The notes beneath the pieces were generated by a model. The model did no database searches. It saw only the letters and a program-made list of their open reading frames with translations, and had not been told where the DNA came from. A stretch of 64,000 nt of DNA from Candidatus Peregrinibacteria bacterium. GTDB lineage: Bacteria > Patescibacteriota > Gracilibacteria > Peribacterales > Peribacteraceae. The position numbers and the translations under genes are program-made. Below, in pieces: positions 26,075-36,246 of this stretch. The stretch covers positions 10,829 to 74,828 of the forward strand of contig JAYUSS010000131.1 in assembly GCA_043755535.1 (NCBI GenBank), written 5' to 3'. Each line of letters begins with the position of its first letter. Positions within the stretch are counted from its first letter, which is position 1.

Positions 26075-26599
26075 ATGAAGCACCCCTTTGCGATTACGGT
26101 TTTTGTGGGCGTCGCCCTCTTTGCGTTCCTCATCGCTCCGATCATCGCTCCCCGCATTACCGGCGCAAACATCAACGCCGGAAATTCCAGTAGCGTCCGT
26201 GCCGCCCCATCAAGTACATCAGCCGTCGTCCTCACCTCCGCAAGCAGCAGCAAAAGAAGTAAGAGCACCGGCAGTAGCAGCACGAGCAGCACCTGCATGC
26301 AGACCGCCGTCGCTGTCCGCGAGGATGCCGTCATCAGGGGCAACGCACACTTGTTCGGTGCCATCCTCTCCTCCGGTATGGACCGCAGAATAGCCTTCGA
26401 CAGTGCATGGTTCATTACCGATGCCGAAAAGCGCAGAGCAGCGGTCATGGCCGCCTGGGTCGCCTTTCATACCAAGAAAGAGCAGGCAGAGATGATATGG
26501 GAGAACGATATCGACGCTGCATGGCAGAATTTCCAAGCCGCAGCAGAGACCTGCGGATTCCCCGACGCCGATGCCGACGGCATCCTGCTGGATCGCTGA
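26075..26599 (+). CDS. Membrane-anchored hypothetical protein with Ser-rich linker
   Basis: N-terminal TM segment and a poly-Ser/Lys linker. No recognisable domain. Confidence 0.4.
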   Translation: MKHPFAITVFVGVALFAFLIAPIIAPRITGANINAGNSSSVRAAPSSTSAVVLTSASSSKRSKSTGSSSTSSTCMQTAVAVREDAVIRGNAHLFGAILSSGMDRRIAFDSAWFITDAEKRRAAVMAAWVAFHTKKEQAEMIWENDIDAAWQNFQAAAETCGFPDADADGILLDR

Positions 26600-26627
26600 C
26601 CCATCACCCTCCGCACATCCTCCATCC

Positions 26628-28085
26628 ATGCCGTCCTTCCTCGCCGACTACCGGGATCTCCCTCATTCCACGCGGATCGTGACTGCGATTCTGCTCCCCA
26701 TCCTCCTGCTTGCAGGGGTGATCGGGGGAAGCAGCGCCACAACGTATGTCGCGGCTATCGGCGAACGCTGCACACTCGATCTGCCCATCGGCACCATCGT
26801 AGAACTGGACATCCCCGGCATCTTCGCGCAGAGAATCGCGCGGAACAAATGGGAACTTTCGTCGGATTTCATCGTGGACAACTGTTACGTCAAAGAGCAC
26901 ATGAAGCACACAAAACAGGACTGTGAACCGCAGGATCGGGCTTGCCAGCTAACATTTTCCTCGATTGGCAGAATAGTGAAGACTGATGATGGGCAGACGT
27001 GGACAAAGACGGGGATCAACGAATGGCAGAACGCGAGCGGGGACATCCGGAACAATGCCGCCATGTTCGAGCAGAGCACGACTACAAAGCACACTGCGGC
27101 AGGAATTGGTGGAGTGCCGAAGTGTAAGAAAGAGCCACCACCCCCAAAATTCTGCTCCAGTTCATCCGCGCCAAAAGAACGTGCTACCCATTCATCCTCA
27201 TCCTCTTCCTCCGCCCCCACCTGCACCGCCGTCCACTATAAATTCGACGAGGGAGCGGGGACGACAACACTCAATGCGCTCGGATCCTCCCATGTCGGAT
27301 CTCTCGTCAATAGTCCAGTGTGGTCCACCGACCATGCCCCCACCCTCTTCCAGAATAGTGGGGCCCTTGCGTTTGACGGCAGCAACAAAGTGACGATCCC
27401 GACATTGCCGACCCCGGATACTCCATACACGATCTCTTTCTGGATCAAGGCTCCCATGACGGAGAACGCCGATCAGATGATCCTGCAATGGGCCGGGTAT
27501 TCATGGAAATTCGCCATCGGACATCGGACGTTTACCCGCTATGACTGTCAGCAGAATGGGACCGTCTATCAGTTCAACAGGACTTATGACCCTTATTTCC
27601 AGGGCAGTCTATGTACCGGTCAGCATGGAACCGCAACGAATGTTCGAAATTATGCAAATTATTATTTTAACGTAGGTGCCTCTGCAAATTACTACTCCTT
27701 CAATGAAGACGCGCAAATGCCTCATGCTACATGGGTTCATTTGACGTTCGTCAACGATGGTGAGCCGAATGCTTACCCCTCCACCAAGCGTCTCTATATC
27801 AACGGAGTGGATAACGGGGATCCGAACGGGGGATTGACTGGTGGGACACAGACAGGATTGACTATCGGCAATCTGCATGACGAGGCGATCTGGCCGAATC
27901 TTTCCACACCATCCATCCAATATATCAATTACAATACGGATCAGACGCCCGCCAGGTACTGGTATCCCGCGCAAGGCTTCAACGGCCTCATCGACGATGT
28001 CCGCGTCTACAATCGCATCCTTTCCGCCTCCGAAGTCGCTGCGCTCGCTACGGGCGCAGATGTTTCTTTTGACTGCACACGGTAA
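26628..28085 (+). CDS. LamG/concanavalin-like lectin domain surface protein
   Basis: TM anchor and Ser-rich linker. C-terminal LamG signature (ALAFDGSNKVTIP..YTISFWIK..WVHLTFV..LYINGV..FNGLIDDVRVYNRILSASEV). Confidence 0.7.
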   Translation: MPSFLADYRDLPHSTRIVTAILLPILLLAGVIGGSSATTYVAAIGERCTLDLPIGTIVELDIPGIFAQRIARNKWELSSDFIVDNCYVKEHMKHTKQDCEPQDRACQLTFSSIGRIVKTDDGQTWTKTGINEWQNASGDIRNNAAMFEQSTTTKHTAAGIGGVPKCKKEPPPPKFCSSSSAPKERATHSSSSSSSAPTCTAVHYKFDEGAGTTTLNALGSSHVGSLVNSPVWSTDHAPTLFQNSGALAFDGSNKVTIPTLPTPDTPYTISFWIKAPMTENADQMILQWAGYSWKFAIGHRTFTRYDCQQNGTVYQFNRTYDPYFQGSLCTGQHGTATNVRNYANYYFNVGASANYYSFNEDAQMPHATWVHLTFVNDGEPNAYPSTKRLYINGVDNGDPNGGLTGGTQTGLTIGNLHDEAIWPNLSTPSIQYINYNTDQTPARYWYPAQGFNGLIDDVRVYNRILSASEVAALATGADVSFDCTR

Positions 28086-28124
28086 TCAGGGCTCACACTT
28101 TCGGTTCTCTTCCTTTCTCAGTCT

Positions 28125-28436
28125 ATGGCAACTACATTCCGCTCCTTTCTCTGGCCTCTCACATGCTTGTTCCTCTGTGCACTGCTTGCTGGAACTCTCT
28201 TCTCTGTCTGGACACAAGGTATCACTCCGCCGCTGGCACAGGTCGCCATCGCAGAATGCGAACCCGAGCCGAACTGCTGTGCAGGAGGCGGGGTGGGCTG
28301 CTCACCGGGGCAACTAGCGGGGTGTTCTGTTCAAGCAGCCCCTGTTCCTCCACCACCGAATCCCGGTTTTTTGCCAGCCGGCCAGGGTGCACTCACGGCT
28401 CAGCAGAATGTCGCCGCCGCCCTCAGTTCGTGGTAG
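28125..28436 (+). CDS. Small secreted Cys/Pro-rich hypothetical protein
   Basis: Signal-like N-terminus; 103 aa. Coding status is uncertain. Confidence 0.3.
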   Translation: MATTFRSFLWPLTCLFLCALLAGTLFSVWTQGITPPLAQVAIAECEPEPNCCAGGGVGCSPGQLAGCSVQAAPVPPPPNPGFLPAGQGALTAQQNVAAALSSW

Positions 28437-28457
28437 GGAAGAGGCTTATAGGAAGAA

Positions 28458-29387
28458 TCAAGCATTGATATGGATGGCCAGGATCTCCGGCGGACAAAAT
28501 AACCGTGCCCGTGCCAGCGTTTCCCCTACTCCGTGCGTGATTGCCAATATTCGATCCTCTCCAAGGTCAAACAATCCCTGGTCAAATTTATTACCGAGCA
28601 GATCGGGGATCGGATACAGCGCTCCGATAAAAGGCAGACGGATTTGTCCGCCGTGCGTATGGCCGCTGATGATGAGCGATGCGCGTTTGAATGCATCGTT
28701 CAAGATAATGTCCGGGATGTGGGAGAGCAGGATCACGGGGATCTTCTCAGGAATACCCTGTAAGGATTGTTCGAGGTCGCAACTCTCCATCAGCGTGTGG
28801 TCTGTTCCGGCGAGTGCGAATGTCTGTCCGGCATGTCGCAGAATCCGATGTTCATTTCGGAGTACCGGAATATTCATCGATTTTAAGAGTGTAATCACAT
28901 CCGTAGAGCTGTCTGGTGTTCGGTAGGGCATGAATGCGCCTCGTCCACGATCCAGCATGTGTCCGGTGTCGTGGTTACCGAGGACTGCGAATATGCCGAG
29001 TGGTGCTCGAAGATCTTTCAACGGATTCAGTGCATGGATATCGCTCACATGGTCGTAGATGAAATCACCGGGAAGGAGGATGAGATCGGGCTTGAGAGTA
29101 TTCGTTTTTTTGACCACACGTCGCATGTATGCCTCTCCTTTAAATGGCCCGACGTGCTGGTCGGCTATTACCGCAATTGTGAGATTGTGCAGACCTTTTA
29201 TCTGAATACTTTTTTTATTCACTGTGATCATTCTCGGTTCTATAAACGAGCCGTAGATCAGCACCGCAAATGCGATCAATCCAAGCCATCCAATCATTCC
29301 TCCATACACAAACACTGCAAGCGACGCGAGCATCATCAGGGCGATGAGCATGTCCCAGAAGAGTGGATGGTGAGTGAGGCGTCGCAT
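28458..29387 (-). CDS. Membrane-anchored metallophosphoesterase
   Basis: IAVIADQH, LPGDFIYDH, VLGNHD, SGHTHGGQ motifs. Start taken at MRRLTHHP, just after the uvrA stop. Confidence 0.8.
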   Translation of the reverse strand: MRRLTHHPLFWDMLIALMMLASLAVFVYGGMIGWLGLIAFAVLIYGSFIEPRMITVNKKSIQIKGLHNLTIAVIADQHVGPFKGEAYMRRVVKKTNTLKPDLILLPGDFIYDHVSDIHALNPLKDLRAPLGIFAVLGNHDTGHMLDRGRGAFMPYRTPDSSTDVITLLKSMNIPVLRNEHRILRHAGQTFALAGTDHTLMESCDLEQSLQGIPEKIPVILLSHIPDIILNDAFKRASLIISGHTHGGQIRLPFIGALYPIPDLLGNKFDQGLFDLGEDRILAITHGVGETLARARLFCPPEILAIHINA

Positions 29388-29391
29388 GAGG

Positions 29392-32325
29392 TTATTTTTT
29401 CGAACGCTGCTTCTCAAAAATCTTTTTGAGATATTGCCCCGTGTAGCTGCTTTCCACTTTGGCAACTTCTTCCGGCGTACCGGTGGCAATAATATGCCCT
29501 CCGCCATTCCCTCCATCTGGGCCAAGGTCGATTACGTGGTCGACGGATTTGATCACATCAAGGTTGTGTTCAATCACAAGCACGGTGTTGCCGAGTTCTA
29601 CAAGACGTTCCAGCACCAGCAGGAGTTTACGGATATCTTCGAAGTGCAGCCCTGTGGTTGGCTCATCCAGAATATAGAACGTCTGGCCGGTCGAACGTCG
29701 AAGCAGTTCTGTTGCGAGTTTCACGCGCTGCGCTTCTCCACCCGAGAGCGTTGTCGCGCTCTGCCCCAGGTGCAGGTAGCCCAGGCCGACGTCTTCGAGA
29801 GTCAGAAGTTTTTTGTTGAGGGTCGGAATGGATCCGAAGAATTCGAGACCTTCGGTGACGGTCATGGCGAGTGCATCGGCGATATTTTTCCCTTTATACG
29901 TGATCTCAAGCGTTTCACGGTTGTACCGTCGACCCTGACAGGCTTCGCACGTCACGAACACATCGGGAAGGAAGTGCATCTCAATCCGCTTCATGCCGTC
30001 GCCTTCACACTCTTCACAGCGCCCTCCTTTCACGTTAAAACTGAAGCGGCCGGGCTGATAGCCGCGGAGTTTGGCTTCGGGCGTCACCGCGAACAAATCG
30101 CGGATGTCGGTAAAAATTCCGGTGTAGGTAGCGGGGTTGCTGCGCGGCGTCCGTCCGATGGGGGATTGGTCGATCACGATCGCTTTATCCAAGTACTGCA
30201 ACCCCGCAATGGAGCCGACGTTCTGGGGTTTTGCATGCGCTTTGTTGAGGACACGTAGGAGCTCGGGGCCCAGGATGCCGTGAATGAGACTGGATTTACC
30301 GGAACCCGACACTCCGGAGATGCCGACGAATGTTCCAAGCGGAATCGATACGTCGACATGGCGCAAGTTGTGATGATGTGCGTCTTTGATTTCGATCGTT
30401 TTGCCGTTACCGGGTCGGCGTTTTTTCGGAATTTCAATCATCTTCTTGCCGCTCAAGTACTGGCCCGTCACGGAATCCGGATTGTTGATCAATTCTTCCG
30501 GCAGTCCCTGTGCCACCACCGACCCGCCGTATTTACCCGCGCCCGGCCCGATTTCGAGCAGGTAGTCGGCCGCTTCAATCGTTTCTTCGTCATGCTCCAC
30601 CACAATCACGGTATTCCCCAGGTCACGAAGCTTCGTGATCGTCGCGATCAGCCGTGCGTTGTCACGCTGGTGCAGTCCGATCGACGGTTCATCAAGCACA
30701 TAGAGTACGCCTTCGAGTGCGGAGCCGATTTGTGTGGCCAGGCGGATGCGCTGCGCTTCTCCACCCGAAAGGGTGGATGCACTGCGGGAAAGTGTCAGGT
30801 AGGTAAGACCGACGTTTTTAAGGAAGCTCAAGCGTGCGACGATTTCTTGGAGGACTTTTTTGACGATGGTGTATTCGTAGGTGGAGAGGGAGGAAGCAGA
30901 AGATGCAGAGGATGTAGAGGACTTAGAGGCTTTAGAGGACTTAGAAGAATCGGATGGAGTAAGACTTCGGAAAAAATCTTCAGCTTCTTCAATACTCATA
31001 TCCGTTGTCTCCACCACATTCTTCCCACCCACCGTCACGCCGAGGATTTCTTTTTTGAGACGCTCGCCGCCGCAGGACGGGCAGGGGAGTTCGAGCATAT
31101 ATTCTTCAATCTGCTGACGCACATAGCTGCTGTCCGTTTCGCTGTGCCGACGCTGGAGGTTCGGGATCACGCCTTCGTAGGTGGTTCGGTACGTGCCGCC
31201 GAAACTGCGGGTTTCCATCTCCACTTCCAGCGGTTCGCTGTAGCCGTGCAGAATAACTTGGCGTTGCTCGTCTGTGAGGTTTTGCCACGGGGTATTCATG
31301 CGAAATCCCACCACCTTTGCGAGAGCTTCCAGCACGTTATTCATGAACCCCATGCGGCTTGCAGATGTTGCCCATGGGTGAATAACTCCTTCGGCCAACG
31401 TCAAACCGGGGTTTGGCACAATTGATGATGGATCGATCTGCAGAATGGACCCGATACCGTGACACTCCTCACACGCACCCTGGGGTGAGTTAAAGGAGAA
31501 GCTGCGCGGTTCAAGATCGGGTATCTGCTGCGCGGGGTGATCGGGACAGACGAAGGACTGCGAGAATCGCCACTCTTCATTGGTGTCTGCATCCAGCACG
31601 ATAAGCGTTCCATCACTCTTCTTTAAACAGAGTTCCACGGAGTCCGCTAAGCGGGTTCTGTGGGGGTTTACTTCCCCTTCTTTTGTTTGCAGTTCGCGCA
31701 CCATCATACGGTCGACGACGATAGAGATGGTGTGAGCTTTTTTCGGGTCGAGCGTGATTTCTTCGTCGGTGGTCATGATGGTTCCGTCGATCCGGATCCT
31801 GACAAACCCTTCGCGTTTGATCGAATCCAGAATCTTCATATGCTCCCCTTTGCGCCCCTCTACTTGGGGGGCGAGCAGGTAGATCTTCTTTCCTTCGGGC
31901 AGATTGGCGATGGTCTCGACCATCTGGCTCGCAGTTTGGCGCTCTAAAAGCTTGCCGCATTCGGTGCAGTGCACTTTGCCGATTTTTGCCCAGAGCAGAC
32001 GCATGTAATCGTAGACTTCGGTGATGGTCCCGACCGTCGAGCGTGGGTTTCTTGGCGCAGTTTTTTGATCAATGGAAATGGCAGGGGATAGGCCTTCAAT
32101 CGAATCAACCTCCGGTTTTTCCATCTGGGAGATGAACTGTCTGGCATACGCAGACAAGCTTTCGACGTAGCGACGCTGTCCTTCGGCGAAAATAGTATCG
32201 AAGGCCAAGGTCGACTTGCCGGAACCCGAGACTCCGGTGATCACTGTCAGCTTATTACGCGGGATAGTGACATCGATATTTTTGAGGTTGTGCATCTTGG
32301 CACCTTTGACAACGATATTATCCAT
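29392..32325 (-). CDS. uvrA: Excinuclease ABC subunit A
   Basis: [54 protein letters not shown], Zn modules, two ABC signatures (LSGGEAQR x2). Carries an extra Ser/Lys-rich loop ([22 protein letters not shown]). Confidence 0.95.
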   Translation of the reverse strand: MDNIVVKGAKMHNLKNIDVTIPRNKLTVITGVSGSGKSTLAFDTIFAEGQRRYVESLSAYARQFISQMEKPEVDSIEGLSPAISIDQKTAPRNPRSTVGTITEVYDYMRLLWAKIGKVHCTECGKLLERQTASQMVETIANLPEGKKIYLLAPQVEGRKGEHMKILDSIKREGFVRIRIDGTIMTTDEEITLDPKKAHTISIVVDRMMVRELQTKEGEVNPHRTRLADSVELCLKKSDGTLIVLDADTNEEWRFSQSFVCPDHPAQQIPDLEPRSFSFNSPQGACEECHGIGSILQIDPSSIVPNPGLTLAEGVIHPWATSASRMGFMNNVLEALAKVVGFRMNTPWQNLTDEQRQVILHGYSEPLEVEMETRSFGGTYRTTYEGVIPNLQRRHSETDSSYVRQQIEEYMLELPCPSCGGERLKKEILGVTVGGKNVVETTDMSIEEAEDFFRSLTPSDSSKSSKASKSSTSSASSASSLSTYEYTIVKKVLQEIVARLSFLKNVGLTYLTLSRSASTLSGGEAQRIRLATQIGSALEGVLYVLDEPSIGLHQRDNARLIATITKLRDLGNTVIVVEHDEETIEAADYLLEIGPGAGKYGGSVVAQGLPEELINNPDSVTGQYLSGKKMIEIPKKRRPGNGKTIEIKDAHHHNLRHVDVSIPLGTFVGISGVSGSGKSSLIHGILGPELLRVLNKAHAKPQNVGSIAGLQYLDKAIVIDQSPIGRTPRSNPATYTGIFTDIRDLFAVTPEAKLRGYQPGRFSFNVKGGRCEECEGDGMKRIEMHFLPDVFVTCEACQGRRYNRETLEITYKGKNIADALAMTVTEGLEFFGSIPTLNKKLLTLEDVGLGYLHLGQSATTLSGGEAQRVKLATELLRRSTGQTFYILDEPTTGLHFEDIRKLLLVLERLVELGNTVLVIEHNLDVIKSVDHVIDLGPDGGNGGGHIIATGTPEEVAKVESSYTGQYLKKIFEKQRSKK
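30890..30952. repeat. Seven tandem 9-nt words (gaggaagca gaagatgca gaggatgta gaggactta gaggcttta gaggactta gaagaatcg) inside uvrA
   Basis: 63 nt, equal to 21 codons, encoding the Ser/Lys-rich loop on the minus strand. Same word family as 32333-32401. Confidence 0.85.
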
Positions 32326-32332
32326 AGGAGGG

Positions 32333-32401
32333 GAGGACTTAGAGGATGTAGAGGGTTTAGGACTTAGAGGATGTAGAAGACTTAGAGGACTTAGAAGATG
32401 G
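32333..32401. repeat. 9-nt word repeat (gaggactta gaggatgta gagggttta ..) 8-76 nt upstream of the uvrA start codon
   Basis: Shares gaggatgtagagg and gaggacttagaag strings with 30890-30952, in the same orientation. Confidence 0.85.
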
Positions 32402-32620
32402 ACGGGACGGTTGGGTACGTTGGGTTAGTTGGGTGCGAAACTAAGAATGGCGAAAAAATGTATACAACAAAAAATAGGCCCCGCGGCTGGCGGAGCGACG
32501 CCTTAGTTTATTGATTTTTGGAGGTTCTGTCTAGGCTTAGGGTAAAGAAAAAACGGGGAAATGCTTTAGTGCGCTAAAGCACTGGATTTTTGAGTGTTTG
32601 TGGTAGGTTCATAATTATTT

Positions 32621-33126
32621 ATGAACGAAGCTGCGGATATCGCCGGCTGCATTGCGTATATTGATGGCGCGAATCTCCATAAAGGGGTTCAGAGTTCGGG
32701 CTGGAACATGGACTATAAAAATTTTACCACTGGCTTTCTGCCAAGTACCGGACAGAGCGTATAACTATTTTCCTTGGATATATTGCCAAGCATCAGCCTC
32801 TTTACGACACATTGATTGATATTGGTTACAACCTGATATTCAAGGAGGTCACCACACAGAGTGGGCATATTAAAGGAAACTGCGATGCAGAAATGGTGTT
32901 GCACACAGTGAGTGATTTCTATGAAAATAAGCTCACAAAAGCAGTCATTGTCACAGGTGACGGTGATTTTGCTTGTCTCATAGATTTTTTACAAAAGCAC
33001 AGCGTGTTTCATCGACTCATTGCTCCCAATTTGCAGTATACTTCTTACCTTTTACGGAAGCGCAATCTTCCTATTGTGTATCTGGAGAATCCGCGCCTTA
33101 TTCCTCACATACAAAAAGACCCCTGA
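32621..33126 (+). pseudogene. NYN/LabA-like (DUF88) domain gene with a 1-nt frameshift in an A5T4 run
   Basis: Frame 1 (ATG 32621) gives ..CIAYIDGANLHKGVQSSGWNMDYKNF and stops at 32762-32764. The rest (FYHWLSAKYRTERITIFLGYI..GNCDAEMVLH..VIVTGDGDFACLIDFL) is open in another frame from 32719. The switch must lie within 32717-32725. Confidence 0.7.
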
Positions 33127-33304
33127 CAGGCATGATGTCCTGCGAGGGTTCTTTTCATATTGTAGATCTACAATAACAATGGTATCCCTTGAAAACAAGC
33201 ATTTTACACTCTCATGTGCCGTCGATAGGTACTTTTATATAAGTCTACCGCTGTTTGTTTTTTTAGATTCCGCATACATGGTGTTTATTGATATCTAGGT
33301 ATTT

Positions 33305-33416
33305 AACCGTGTCGAATTCGATGCCTTTAACTCATGCCAATATTTTAAATCCATCGAATTCGATGGATTTATATTACACCTATCCCATTTTTAAAGGGGT
33401 CGAATTCGACGCCTTT
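33305..33416. promoter_or_regulatory. Three spaced palindromes with TCGAATTCGA core (operator-like array)
   Basis: Site 2 (33347-33370) AAATCCATCGAATTCGATGGATTT is a perfect 24-bp palindrome. Sites 1 (33305-33328) and 3 (33393-33416) are imperfect. Centre-to-centre spacing is 42 and 46 bp. Confidence 0.55.
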
Positions 33417-33592
33417 GAATTTGAGGCGGGAGTCAAAGCCCACAAAGCCACTTTTTAGCGGCGCCGCTAAAAAGTACAGGCGGGTGCCGGGAAAAACGAT
33501 TACCCTCAAGTGCGGTCACTGATCGGGAAGATTTCTCCCAAAAAATGATCGGAAATCCTGTCAGATTCCGTCTCTCTGCTAGTCTTAGATAC

Positions 33593-34747
33593 ATGCGCAC
33601 CATTCTCCCTCTCGCTACTCTTGCCCTTTTGCTTGCCGGCTGTACCCAGCCGACTGTTCCACCAGGGCACTCGAGTTCCTCTGCCTCCTCTGAATCTTCT
33701 GCATCCTCTCCGTTAACCCTCAACTCCCCGCAGGTCGAGATCTTCGCCAAGGACTTATCCGGTGCTCGCGTGATTGTGCGCGACGGCTTCGGGAATTTTT
33801 GGGTGAGTCGCCCAAAGGCAGGGGTAGTGACGGTGCTGGAAATCGGTGATGACGGAAAAGTTCTGCAGCAGTATGACGCAATCAGGAACTTGAGAAATCC
33901 CCACGGTCTTGCATTCAACCCCGCCGGAACCCATCTGTACGTCGCCGAGGAGACTTCTATTAAGGAGTACCTCGTCTATAGCGACGCCCCGGTGAAGACG
34001 ATCGCCACACTTCCCGCCGGTGGTAGCCATGTTACGCGGACGATTGAATGGGGCCCGGATGATCGTTTGTATGTTTCCATCGGTTCTACCTGCAATTCCT
34101 GTATCGAGAAAAATCCGCTGCATGCGACGATCATCTCCATGAATCCCGACGGGTCCGACCATAAGACCGTCGCGACGGGGCTGCGTAATTCCGTCTTTTT
34201 CGATTGGAGTTATGTAGACGGACAGATGTATGCGACGGAGATGGGACGGGATGGACTCGGGAACGATCTGCCGCCGGATGAGATCAATAGGATCAAGCCG
34301 GCTTCGTCTGCGGACTCCGCCGCGCCAAGTTATGGTTGGCCGTATTGCTTTGGCGATCGCATACGCGATTCGCACGTTGCTGGTGATGTGGACTGTGCTA
34401 CAACCGAACCGCCGCATATCGCGCTCCCAGCGCACGTTGCACCACTTGGCCTCGCGTTTATCCCCGAGGAAGGCTGGCCGGAAGCATGGTGGTACGATCT
34501 TCTTGTCGCAGAGCACGGCTCAACCCAAATCGGCAGCGTAAAGGTTGGCTATAAGGTCGTGCGTATTCCTTTGGATGCGAATGGCAACCCCGAAGGAGAG
34601 CCGGTCGACTTCCTGACGGGCTTTTTAGAGGGAGAGACGGTGAGAGGCCGACCGGTGGATATTATGGTTGAACCGGGTGGGACGATGTACGTGACGGATG
34701 ATAAGGAGGGGGTGGTGTGGAGGGTGGGGGTGGGGGAGGAGATGTAG
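33593..34747 (+). CDS. Lipoprotein, PQQ-dependent sugar (glucose/sorbosone) dehydrogenase-like beta-propeller
   Basis: Lipobox MRTILPLATLALLLAGC and a Ser-rich linker. Propeller motifs (PHGLAFNP.., SIGSTCNSC, GLRNSVFFDW, YGWPYCFG). Confidence 0.7.
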   Translation: MRTILPLATLALLLAGCTQPTVPPGHSSSSASSESSASSPLTLNSPQVEIFAKDLSGARVIVRDGFGNFWVSRPKAGVVTVLEIGDDGKVLQQYDAIRNLRNPHGLAFNPAGTHLYVAEETSIKEYLVYSDAPVKTIATLPAGGSHVTRTIEWGPDDRLYVSIGSTCNSCIEKNPLHATIISMNPDGSDHKTVATGLRNSVFFDWSYVDGQMYATEMGRDGLGNDLPPDEINRIKPASSADSAAPSYGWPYCFGDRIRDSHVAGDVDCATTEPPHIALPAHVAPLGLAFIPEEGWPEAWWYDLLVAEHGSTQIGSVKVGYKVVRIPLDANGNPEGEPVDFLTGFLEGETVRGRPVDIMVEPGGTMYVTDDKEGVVWRVGVGEEM

Positions 34748-34791
34748 GGGAGAAACTTTAAGGAATAGCCAAAGTATGCAATAGTAAAAGC

Positions 34792-36246
34792 ATGTTCGAG
34801 CAAGCCTTTAAAAACATCGATGATATTCTGCGGAAAGATGCAGGGGTGAGCTCAGAACTTGATTATATTGAGCAAACATCGTGGATACTTTTCTTGAAGT
34901 ATTTGGAAGATTGGGAGGAAATGAAAAAGAAGGAAGCGGATCTTTCGGGAACGATGTACCGCGAAATTATCCATACGCCTTTTCGGTGGGAAACATGGGC
35001 GGTTCCTAAAGGGCCAGATGGGAATCCAGATCATACCAAGGCAATGACTGGTGATGACCTTCTCGATTTCGTGAATGATCAACTCTTTCCATATCTTAAG
35101 AAGTTTAAAATTGATGCTGAGAGTTCCGATACGATCCAGTATAAGATCGGCGAAATTTTTAGTGAATTGAAGAATAAAATCCAAACCGGATATACGCTGC
35201 GTAGTATTCTTGATGTTGTGGATAAGATGCACTTTCAAACAAGCGCAGAGAAACATGAATTATCTCACCTCTATGAAAGCAAAATTAAGAACATGGGAAA
35301 TGCCGGGAGAAATGGAGGAGAATACTACACACCACGCCCACTTATTCGTTCCATTATTAAAGTCGTTGATCCACACATAGGACAGACTATTTATGACGGT
35401 GCATGCGGTTCTGCAGGGTTTTTAGTCGAGGCTTTTGATTATTTAAAGGAGACGAAAGGTAAAAAATTAAGCACCGATGATCTGGAGACTCTCCAGAAAA
35501 AGACATTCTTTGCAAAAGAGAAGAAGTCCTTGGCATACATCATTGCCATCATGAACATGATTTTGCATGGTATTGATGCTCCGAATGTCGTTCATACCAA
35601 TACGCTGGCAGAAAATATTTTGGATATTCAGGAGAAGGATCGTTACGACGTGATTCTTGCGAACCCGCCGTTTGGGGGGAGTGAGCGCCCGGAGATTCAG
35701 CAGAACTTCCCGATTAAAACAGGGGAAACTGCGTATCTCTTTTTGCAGCATTTTATCAAGAAGCTAAAAGCAGGTGGCAAAGCAGGTATTGTTATTAAAA
35801 ATACATTTCTTTCGAATACAGATAACGCGTCCGTTTCGTTGCGTAAGTATCTACTGGAGAGCTGCAACCTGCATACGGTGCTAGATCTTCCGGGTGGAAC
35901 CTTTACCGGGGCAGGAGTGAAAACGGTGGTGCTATTTTTTGATAAAGGAGCACCGACAAAAAAGGTGTGGTATTACCAATTAAATTTGGATAGGAATTTG
36001 GGGAAGACAAATGCATTAAGTGAGAAAGACCTAGCAGAGTTTATAGAGTTACAGAAGGCGCAGGGTAGTTCTGCAAATTCATGGAGTGTAGATGTGGGTG
36101 ATGTTGATCAATCGACATTTGATTTGTCAGTGAAGAATCCGAATGCAAAGGGAGAGGTGGAGTTGAGGGTTCCCAAAGAGATTTTGGAGGAGATGAAGAG
36201 GCTGGATGAGGAGACGACTAAAATTTTAAGCATTATTTTGAAATGA
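34792..36246 (+). CDS. hsdM: Type I restriction-modification system, methyltransferase subunit
   Basis: HsdM N-terminal domain (FKNIDDILRKDAG..EQTSWILFLKYLED), AdoMet motif (YDGACGSAGFL), and NPPFGG catalytic motif (ILANPPFGGSE). Confidence 0.95.
   Translation: MFEQAFKNIDDILRKDAGVSSELDYIEQTSWILFLKYLEDWEEMKKKEADLSGTMYREIIHTPFRWETWAVPKGPDGNPDHTKAMTGDDLLDFVNDQLFPYLKKFKIDAESSDTIQYKIGEIFSELKNKIQTGYTLRSILDVVDKMHFQTSAEKHELSHLYESKIKNMGNAGRNGGEYYTPRPLIRSIIKVVDPHIGQTIYDGACGSAGFLVEAFDYLKETKGKKLSTDDLETLQKKTFFAKEKKSLAYIIAIMNMILHGIDAPNVVHTNTLAENILDIQEKDRYDVILANPPFGGSERPEIQQNFPIKTGETAYLFLQHFIKKLKAGGKAGIVIKNTFLSNTDNASVSLRKYLLESCNLHTVLDLPGGTFTGAGVKTVVLFFDKGAPTKKVWYYQLNLDRNLGKTNALSEKDLAEFIELQKAQGSSANSWSVDVGDVDQSTFDLSVKNPNAKGEVELRVPKEILEEMKRLDEETTKILSIILK

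Noticed and set aside
29374-31425. Plus-strand ORFs of 294 and 381 aa overlapping uvrA
   Set aside because: uvrA on the minus strand is unambiguous. These are antisense shadow ORFs with an implausible composition rich in Phe, Arg and His.
5169-32401. Short-period tandem repeats considered as possible CRISPR arrays
   Set aside because: The units are 7-9 nt with no spacers, the arrays are at most 70 nt, and no cas genes are present. They are not CRISPR.
33433-34516. Minus-strand ORFs (161 and 253 aa) over the PQQ-dehydrogenase-like gene
   Set aside because: The plus-strand gene has a lipobox and family motifs. The antisense frames are Arg-rich shadows.
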